A DNA stretch of 64,000 nt from Eledone cirrhosa (lineage: Eukaryota), in contig OZ024742.1 of assembly GCA_964016885.1 (NCBI GenBank), positions 115,568,001 through 115,632,000 on the forward strand, in the 5' to 3' direction. Of the stretch, positions 52,201 through 64,000 are shown piece after piece. Below the pieces are notes generated by a model, which was not told the DNA's origin, did not search any database, and saw nothing but the letters and a program-made list of their open reading frames with translations. Every line of letters begins with the position of its first letter. Position 1 is the stretch's first letter. The position numbers were made by a program, and so were the translations under genes.

Positions 52201-53870
52201 GGAGATAGCCTGTCCCCTCTGTTGTTTGTCCTTGCCCTGATGCCCTTGACCATTATGCTGCGAAAAGTGAGAGCAGGATACAAGTTGGGAAGGGGAGAGC
52301 TTACCATAAATCACCTCCTCTTCATGGACGATCTTAAGCTCTTCGGGAAAAGTGAGAAGGAGTTGGATGTGCTTGTTGACACTGTCCGTATTTTCAGCAG
52401 TGATATATGTATGCAGTTTGGTATTGGTAAATGTGGAGTCATTGTGATGAGGAGGGGTAGGTTGAGCAGAAGTAACGGGATCCAGATACCAACAGGTGAG
52501 ATGATAAAGGAAATTGACTCTGAGGAAGGATACAAGTATTTGGGCGTTCTGGAGGCTGATGGCATAAAGAACAAAAAAATGAAGGAATTGTTAAGAACTG
52601 AATACATTCGGAGAGTAAGGAGCGTATTGAAGTCACATCTGAACAGCAGAAATGCCATAAGCGCAGTAAATTCCCGAGCTGTGTCTATTATTAGGTACAG
52701 TGCGGGAATTCTGAGATGGAATGTTGCTGAACAAAAAGAAATGGATAGGAAGACTAGGAAGCTATTGACTATCTACAACATGTTCCACAAGAGGAGTGAT
52801 GTCGATAGACTCTACCTAAGGAGATCTGAGGGTGGAAGAGGTCTTATCAGCATGGAGGACTGTGTTCAGATGGAGAAAAACAACCTATACAAATACGTGA
52901 CCTATAGTAAGGAGCCAATGCTCAGAGCTGTACTGAAGGAGGGGACAGTAGGCCAGGGGATACCCAAGGAGGAAATAACATCAAGGAGGAAGAGCAGCCT
53001 TAAGGGAAAATCCCTTCATAGTACCTTCTTTGAGAAAACTGAATTTAGAGATCCACAGACATGGAACTGGTTGAGAAGAGGAGACCTCAAAAAGGCTACA
53101 GAAGGAATGCTAATGGCTCCGCAGGAGCAGGCCCTCAAAACGAAGTGGTTGAAGCACCATATCTACAAGGAGGAGGCTAGCCCACTGTGCAGGATCTGTG
53201 GAGAGAGAGAGGAGACTGTGGCTCACATTGTGTCCGAGTGTAAACACCTAGCCCAGACCCACTATAAGGGCTGGAGACACGATGTGATGGGCAGGGTGAT
53301 CCACTGGCACCTGTGCAAAGTAAACAATCTACCACATTCTGAGAAATGGTATGAGCATAGGCCAGAGGCGGTGATGGAGAACAGTCAGGTGAAGGTGCTG
53401 TGGGATTTTAGGATACAGACGGACAAAAAACTGGAACACAATAGACCTGACCTGGTGGTTGTGGACAAAGAAAAAAGATCGTGCCTGATTGTGGATGTGG
53501 CCTGCCCGTTCGACACGAGAGTGCAAGAGAAGGAGAGGGAGAAAATTAACCGATACCAGGACCTAAAGTGGGAGGTGAAAAGGATTTGGAACTGCCATGA
53601 AGTCAAAGTGATCCCGATTGTCATAGGCGCACTGGGGACTATCTCCAAAGGTTTCCAGGGATGGTTAAAGAAAATCGGCCCCTTCACGCTTTTTGGAACG
53701 CTTCAAAAGGCATGCTTGCTTGGAACGGCAAGAACCCTCCGATACGTCCTGAATATCTGAGGCTGCAGGTAGTGGCTTGATATTCAATCCAACGGACTTT
53801 CCAGTTAACCAACATCAATGACTGAGATTCAAGGAATAACGATAACAATAATAATAATAATAATAATAAT
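49218..53870 (+). mobile_element. R4/Dong-like RLE non-LTR retrotransposon, near full length
   Basis: ~1.15-kb 5' UTR, a single ORF, a short 3' UTR and (AAT)n on both sides. Dong elements are known to target (TAA)n. Confidence 0.9.
50368..53760 (+). CDS. RT + CCHC zinc knuckle + restriction-like endonuclease (1130 aa)
   Basis: KSPGPDG, NYRPITC, KAFD, GIFQGDSLSP, FMDD, YKYLG, GGRG, CRICGEREETVAHIVSEC, RHD, RPDLVV...IVDVACP...K..RYQDL. The motif-A Asp reads Asn (WINYRKAFD). Confidence 0.95.
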   Translation: METRTSCDRLSPNSCPLAQQQEPDCQPNTADVGGRRRRKGARTNWTKELNRTVMQCYLKSNPKERGYRRRMHNIWNVIGLFKLDEQKLAGQARVIRTNRWISELELEELSRENGLEMAGVVCQTSEPAGNEGEEVLRTEEPPEADNDLNTEINNTWNRDTATEEMNADGLGQDSVDILNLVVDELNNDSGRPMNLRFVDRKKLKETTAKVNKVIPYLEARSFHQCNNILKATANTVRKLLGIKARGNNRQERAEPWWKKRLSGQIGEMRNDIGKLESLLNGTLKNIGTKNRLEIKYKTRSKRLNIIIEELKQRIVAKSAKIRRYENRVSQYKQNRMFDNNQKMLFGQLEGNERGNDLIPGAEQAKTFWRGIWEQDVRHNAQAGWIETVQREIGEQAQQQTDLSITVETLKGQAKKLTNWKSPGPDGVQGYWIKHLTSLHPKLTAMFNDCLVSGEVPEWLTKGTTVLIMKDRIKGNDVTNYRPITCLPVMWKLLTSIVSEEIYHHLHTNNLLPDEQKGCRKKSRGTKDQLLIDKMVMGNCRRRHTDLAMGWINYRKAFDMVPHSWITKSLEIFSVADNIRQLLGRSMGSWETELTSTGVSLGSVKIKRGIFQGDSLSPLLFVLALMPLTIMLRKVRAGYKLGRGELTINHLLFMDDLKLFGKSEKELDVLVDTVRIFSSDICMQFGIGKCGVIVMRRGRLSRSNGIQIPTGEMIKEIDSEEGYKYLGVLEADGIKNKKMKELLRTEYIRRVRSVLKSHLNSRNAISAVNSRAVSIIRYSAGILRWNVAEQKEMDRKTRKLLTIYNMFHKRSDVDRLYLRRSEGGRGLISMEDCVQMEKNNLYKYVTYSKEPMLRAVLKEGTVGQGIPKEEITSRRKSSLKGKSLHSTFFEKTEFRDPQTWNWLRRGDLKKATEGMLMAPQEQALKTKWLKHHIYKEEASPLCRICGEREETVAHIVSECKHLAQTHYKGWRHDVMGRVIHWHLCKVNNLPHSEKWYEHRPEAVMENSQVKVLWDFRIQTDKKLEHNRPDLVVVDKEKRSCLIVDVACPFDTRVQEKEREKINRYQDLKWEVKRIWNCHEVKVIPIVIGALGTISKGFQGWLKKIGPFTLFGTLQKACLLGTARTLRYVLNI

Positions 53871-54254
53871 CGTGTCTGATTGTGGATGTGGCCTGCCCTT
53901 TCGACACGAGAGTGCAAGAGAAGGAGAGGGAGAAAATTGACCGATACCAGGACCTAAAGTGGGAGGTGAAAAGGAATTGGAACTGCCATGAAGTCAAATG
54001 ATCCCGATGGTCATAGGCGCACTGGGGACTATCTCCAAAAGTTTCCAGGGATGGTTAAAGAAAATCGGTCCCTTCACGCTTTTTGGAACGCTTCAAAAGG
54101 CATGCTTGCTTGGAACAGCAAGAACCCTCCGATACGTCCTGAATATCTGAGGCTGCAGGTAGTGGCTTGATATTCATTCCAACGGACTTTCCAGTTAACC
54201 AACATCAATGACTGAGATTCAAGGAATAACAACAATAATAATAATAATAATAAT
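53871..54254 (+). mobile_element. 5'-truncated tandem copy of the Dong-like 3' end
   Basis: Near-identical to 53480-53870. Confidence 0.9.
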
Positions 54255-54438
54255 AATTGTTTCTACTTGAGGCACAAGGCCAGCAATTATCCAGTGCATT
54301 ACTGGTACTTTATTTTATCGACCCCGTAAGGATGAAAGGCAAAGTTAACCTCGGCGGGATTTGAACTCAAACTGTAAAGGGACGTAACTATGCTGGAAAG
54401 CATGGCTTTCGACCCTCTACCGATACTGCCAATCCACC
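54255..54438 (-). mobile_element. SINE, full length, within (AAT)n
   Basis: Reverse complement of the 4148/26231 copies. Confidence 0.92.
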
Positions 54439-54479
<41 letters not shown>

Positions 54480-55388
54480 GGGGATCTGAAGGTGGGAGAG
54501 GTCTTATCAGCATAGAGGACTGTGTTCAGATGGAGAAATACAACCTACACAAATACGTGACTGATATTAAGGAGCCAATGCTCAGAACTGTACTGAAGGA
54601 GGGGACAATAGGCCAGGGGTTGTCCAAGGAGGAAATAACACCAAGGAGAAAGAGCAGCCTTCAGGAAAAATCCCTTCATAGTACCTTCTTTGAGAAAACT
54701 GAATTCAGAGATCCACAGCCATAGAACTGGTTGAAAAGAGGAGACCTTAAACAGGCTACAGAAGGAATGCTAATGGCTGGGCAAGTGCAGGCCCTCAAAA
54801 CGAAGTGGCTGAAACATATTTCCAAGGTTGAGGCTAGCTCACTGTGCAGGATCTGTGGAGAGAGAGAGGAGACTGTGGCTCACATTGTATGCGAGTGTAA
54901 ACACCTAGCCCAGACTCACTATAAGGGCTGGAGACATGATGTGATGCGCAGAGTGATCCACAGGCACCTATGCAAAGTAAACAATTTACCACATTCTGAG
55001 AAGTGGTATGACGTGGTGGTTTTGGACAAGGAAAAAAGATCGTGCCTCATTGTGGATGTAGCGTGCCCATTCGACACGAGAGTGCAAGAGAAGGAGAGGG
55101 AGAAAATCAGGACTTAAAGTGGGAGGTAAAAAGGATTTGGAACTGCCATGAAGTCAAAGTGGTCCCGATTGTCATAGGAGCACTAGGTACTATCTCAAAG
55201 AGTTTCCAAGGATGGTTAAAGAAAAGTGACCCCGCCCCGCTTTTTTTAACACTTCAAAAGGCATGCTTGCTGGGAACAGCAAGAACCCTCCGATACGTCC
55301 TTAATTTCTGAGACTGCAGGTAATGGCTTGATATTCATTTCAACAAACTTTCCAGTTAACTAACATCACTGACTGAGACTCAAAGAAC

Positions 55389-55418
<30 letters not shown>
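54480..55418 (+). mobile_element. 5'-truncated, decayed Dong-like copy
   Basis: Homologous to 52820-53870, with a stop, an internal deletion and an (AAT)n tail. Confidence 0.9.
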
Positions 55419-58896
<3,478 letters not shown>

Positions 58897-61800
58897 GGGA
58901 AGAAGACGCACATGGTGGGTAGAAGGTCGTGAAATCGCTCCCGTGTGTTTTGATTTTTTAATATATTTAAATCAATTGTGAAATAACAATTCTTAGTACA
59001 AATGATACATAAAGTATCCGGCTTAAGTCTCAGAAAAATTCGGATCCATAATATATTCTTATATCGCTCAAATATTCAATTTTGTTTTATACATTTTATA
59101 TTCAAAAAAGAAAATGGTTATATATGGAAGAAAACCCCCTCTTTCTACATTATACAGAGCAGTCAATTTCACCACCACCACCTCCAATCTCAGCATAATA
59201 ATAATAATTACTATTATTATTGTCTCAAGTTTTAACAAAATGTTTAATTCCAATATTAAGAAAATATGTCAACACATATACGCGACTAACCCCATAGATT
59301 CACCGATCAAACAAAAATACAGTCTATTCAACAAAACTCAGTAACGACAACGCTATCACTACAGCCAACGCCGCCGCCGCTCATCCATCATTACTACCAT
59401 TATTCCACCACCGCCGCCACCACTCCTTCATTGCTACCACAGCTATACCCCCATTACCTTCTGTTAACTTACGAAAGGGGAAGGTGGCGGTATCACTAGA
59501 CAATATTAATAAACAAGATTAATATTTAATTTTGGATCAGGAATGTTAGAGTCGAAAAGGTGAAAAATGACAAAATGACTAAATAACTAAACATAATTTC
59601 ACCACCAACACCACCACCACTACCCCGATGAAAACTCTGGTCAAATAGACTCAACCGCTATTTCTACTCCAACTTCAACACAATCACTACAGTACTACGA
59701 TCAAATCACTACCACCACTGCCCCATTATCACTACCGCCGCTATTCTCTCCCTCTACCTTCTGCTAGTTGCTACTAGCACAGCACCGCCGCCACCACCAC
59801 CACCACTGCCTCATTATCACTACCGCCGCTAGTTACTACTAGCACAGCACCGACACAACCACCACCACCACCACCAATGCCTCATTATCACTACCGCCGC
59901 TATTCTCCCCTGATATCCCCTACTACATCGTAGTGCCCCCACTAAAAGAGGAAGGCATCAAAATATATAAATAGACTGAATTGATGACCCTGTCAAAATA
60001 AAAAAAATAAAAATCGAAATCAAAGCAGCACAGCAACAACGAAAAACGTAAAGAAAAGAAATATGAAGAGGAAAACAAACAGACGGACAGAGAAGGGAAG
60101 GGAAAAACTAAGTCAGACATTCAAACATTCCATTACAATGAAACTTATGCTTATTCATTTTTGGGGGTTTGTTTTGCCGGTTTGTTTATTTGTTTATTTA
60201 TGTTCGTCTACAGCGTGATAATCCCACATAAAAATCACGTGGAGCGACGGAATCACCGGTGGTTATGTAAAAATACATTCGCCAATCATCGATAAAGTGT
60301 TTAAATGTCGAACCTAAACAGTTTGAATAACGGTGAAATGGAGACTAGAATGTCATGTGACAGACTCTCACCCAACAGGTGCTCCCTGGCTCAGCAGCAG
60401 GGACCTGGCTGTGAACCAAATATTGCTGGCGTCGGAGGAAGAAGCAGAAGGAAAGGGACCAGAACCAACTGGACGAAAGTAATGAATAGAACTGTTATGC
60501 AATGTTACCTGAAGAGTAACCCCAAGGAGAAAGGCTATAGGAAACGGATGCATAACATCTGGAACGAGATTGGTCTATTTAAGTTAGATGAATAAAAATT
60601 GGCCGGGCAGGCTCGGGTAATACGAACTAATGGGTGGATAAGCGAGCTGGAACTGGAGGAACTGAGCAGAGAGATTAGCTTGGAGATGGAGAGTGGAGTA
60701 TGCCAGGCAAACGAGCCAGTGGGAAATGAAGGTGAAGAGGGCGAGAGAACGGAAGAACCACCCGAAGCAGGCAATGATCCGAATGCTGAGATAAATAGGA
60801 CTTGGAACAGAGATACGGCCACTGAGGAGATGAATGCTGACGGGCTAGGACAAGATTTGGTTGATATCTTAAACTTAATGGTAGATGAATTGAACAATGA
60901 TAGTGGGAGACCTATGAACCTAAGATTTGTAGACAGGAAAAAGTTAAAAGAAACAACAGCTAAGGTAAACAAAGTCATCCCATACCTTGAGGCGAGGAGC
61001 CTTCACCAGTGCAACAATATCCTCAAAGCCACAGCAAATACGGTGAGCAAACTACTTGGTATAAAAGCGAGAGCAAACAACAGACAAGAAAGAGCAGAGC
61101 CTTGGTGGAAGAAACGACTGAGTGGTCAAATCAGGGAAATGAGAAATGACATTAGAAAGCTTAGGACACTAAAAAACATAGACACTAAAAATAGATTGGA
61201 AATAAAGTACAAAACTAGGAGGAAAAAGCTAAATATTATCATAGAGGAACTAAATCAACGCATTGTAGCAAAGAGTGCAAAAATCAGGCGTTACGAGAAG
61301 AGAGTCAGTCAGTATAGACAGAACCGCATGTTCGACAACAACAAGAATATGCTGTTTGGACAGCTTGAAGGGAAAGAAAGAGGTAACGAATTGGTCCCTG
61401 AGGTGGAACAAACTAAAACATTCTGGAGAGGAATATGGGAGCAGGATGTTAAACATAATGACCAAGGAGTGTGGATTGAGACAGTACAGAAGGAGATTAG
61501 TGAACAGGCTCACCAACAAACTGATGTGAGTATCACAGATGAAACTCTTAAGGGGCAGGCCAAAAAACTAACCAACTGGAAATCACCAGGCTCAGAGGGT
61601 GTGCAGGGGTATTGGATTAAAAATATAACATCCCTCCACCCGAAACTGACAACCATGTTCAATGACTGCTTGATGTCAGGTGAGGTACCAGAGTGGTTGA
61701 CAAAAGGTACCACAGTTCTGATAATGAAAGACCGAATCAAGGGTAATGATGTTACCAACTATAGACCTATCACATGTCTGTCCGTAATGTGGAAACTGTT

Positions 61801-63793
61801 GACAAGCATTATGTCTGAGGAAATCTACCATCACCTCCACACAAACAACTTGTTACCGGACAAACAGAAAGGATGACGAAAGAAGTCACGTGGTACAAAG
61901 GACCAGTTACTTATTGATAAGATGCTAATGAGGAATTGCAAGAGGAGACACACTGGTCTTGCTATGGGATGGATAGACTACAAAAAGGCATTTGACATGG
62001 TGCCTCATTCTTGGATCACCAAAATCCTGGAGTTCTTCAAGGTGGCAGATAACATCAGACAGTGTTGGGCAAAAGTATGAAGTCCTGGGAAACAGAGTTA
62101 ACATCAACTGGAGAATCATTGGGAAGCGTGAAGATCAAGAGAGGGATCTTCCAGGGAGATAGTCTGTCCCCTCTGCTGTTTGTCCTTGCCCTGATGCCCC
62201 TGACCAGTGTACTGCGAAAAGTGAGAGCAGGTTACAGGTTGGGAAAGGGAGGGCTTACCATCAATCACCTCCTCTTCATGTACGATCTTAAGCTCTTCGG
62301 GAAGAGTGAGAAGGAGTTGGATGTGCTTGTTGACACTGTCCGTATTTTCAGCAATGATATATGTATGCAATTTGGTATTAGTAAGTGTGGAGTCATTGTG
62401 ATGAAGAGGGGTAAGCTGAGCAGAAGTAAAGAAATCCAGATACTAACAGGTGAAATGATAAAGGAAATTGACTCTGAAGAAGGATACAAGTATGTGAGTG
62501 TTCTTGAGGCTGATGACATCAAGAACAATAAAATGAAGAAATTAATAAGAACTGAATACATTCGGAGAATAAGGAGCGTATTAAAGTCACATCTGAACAG
62601 TAGGAATGCCATAAATGCGGTAAATTCCCGAGCTGTGTCTATTATTAGTTACTTGCGGGAATTCTGAGATGGAATGTTGCTGAACAAAAAGAAATGGATA
62701 GGAAGACTACGAAGCTATTTACTATCTATAATATGTTCCACACGAGGAATGATGTCGTTAGGAGATCTGAAGGTAAAAGAGGTTTTATAAGCATAGAGGA
62801 CTGTGTTCAGATGGATGAAAACAACCTACACAAATACGTGACTGATAGTAAGGAGCCAATGCTCAGAACTGTACTGAAGGAGGGGACAATAGGCCAGGGG
62901 ATGTCCAAGGAGGAAATAACATCAAGGAGAAAGAGCAGCCTTCAGGAAAAATCCCTTCATAGTACCTTCTTTGAGGAAACTGAATTTAGAGATCCACAGA
63001 CATGGAACTGGTTGAAAAGAGGAGACCTTAAAAAGGCTACAGAAGGAATGTTAATGGCTGCGCAGGAGCAGGCCCTCAAAACAAAGTGGTTGAAACACCA
63101 TATTTACAAGGAGGAGGCTAGCCCACTGTGCAGGATCTGTGGAGAGAGAGAGGAGACTGTGGCTCACATTGTATCCGAGTGTAAACACCTAGCCCAGACT
63201 CACTATAAGGGCTGGAGACATGATGTGATGGGCAGGGTGATCCACAGGCACCTATGCAAAGTAAACAATTTACCACATTCTGAGAAGTGGTATGAGCATA
63301 AGCCAGAGTCTGTGATAGAAAACGATCAGGTTAAAGTGCTGTGGGATTTTAGGATACAGATGGACAAGAAACTGGAACACAATAGACCTGACCTGGTGGT
63401 TGTAGACAAAGAAAAATGATCGTGCCTGATTGTGGATGTGGCCTGCCCATTCGACACGAGAGTGCAAGAGAAGAAGAGGGAGAAAATTAACCGATACCAG
63501 GACGTAAAGTGGGTGGTAAAAAGGATTTGGAACTGCCATTAAGTCAAAGTGATCCCGATTGTCATATGCGAACTAGGGACTATCTCAAAAAGTTTCCAGG
63601 GATGGTTAAAGAAAATTAGACCCTACACGCTTTTTGGAACGCTTCAATAGGCATGCTTGCTTGGAACAGCAAGAACCCTCCGAAATGTCCTGAATATCTG
63701 AGGCTGCAGGTAGTGGCTTGATATTCATTTCAACAAACTTTCCAGTTAACTAACATCAATGACTGAGACTCAAAGAGTAATAATAATAATAAT
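58897..63793 (+). mobile_element. Second full-length but disabled Dong-like element (ORF remnant 60338-63701)
   Basis: Colinear with 50368-53760. Stops at 60593, 61874, 63417 and later, plus frameshifts near 62060 and 62650. (AAT)n on both sides. Confidence 0.92.
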
Positions 63794-63887
63794 AATTGTT
63801 TCTACGTTTGGCACAAGGCCAGCAATTAACCAGTCTATTACTGGTACTTCATGTTATCGACCCCGTAAGGATGAAAGGTAAAGTTAA
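63794..63887 (-). mobile_element. 5'-truncated SINE within (AAT)n
   Basis: Reverse complement of the SINE 3' half. Confidence 0.88.
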
Positions 63888-64000
63888 ATAATAATAATAA
63901 TACAAATAATAATAAGTATAATGTCCTGGAGATAGACATTGGAAAAATGTGGTTGTAGATGCTCTTGGAATATTACCAAAGGGGTCTAATGATTACTTAT

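Overview
A 64-kb, AT-rich, eukaryotic (animal) non-genic window built almost entirely from transposable elements and microsatellites. I found no host protein-coding exon. The abundant tRNA-derived SINE resembles, from recall, octopod cephalopod SINEs, so the host assignment is an inference. The left ~43 kb is dominated by (TA)n/(CA)n tracts. It holds one near-intact Penelope-like element (PLE; RT + GIY-YIG, one frameshift), several truncated or inverted PLEs, two 5'-inverted RTE fragments, a deleted mariner, Helitron remnants and a Chapaev-like transposase remnant. It also holds about 17 type I hammerhead-ribozyme (HHR) motifs, intact or decayed, from roughly 10 distinct sequence families. Several have a non-canonical U3-A8 core, and one family is a tandem, non-coding, retrozyme-like repeat. 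The right ~20 kb is an ordered array of elements separated by (AAT)n tracts: four R4/Dong-like RLE LINE copies on + (one with a 1130-aa ORF), two L1/Tx1-clade LINEs on - and three SINEs on -. Most ORFs in the supplied track are microsatellite or antisense artefacts. All RNA folds and family assignments were made by eye.
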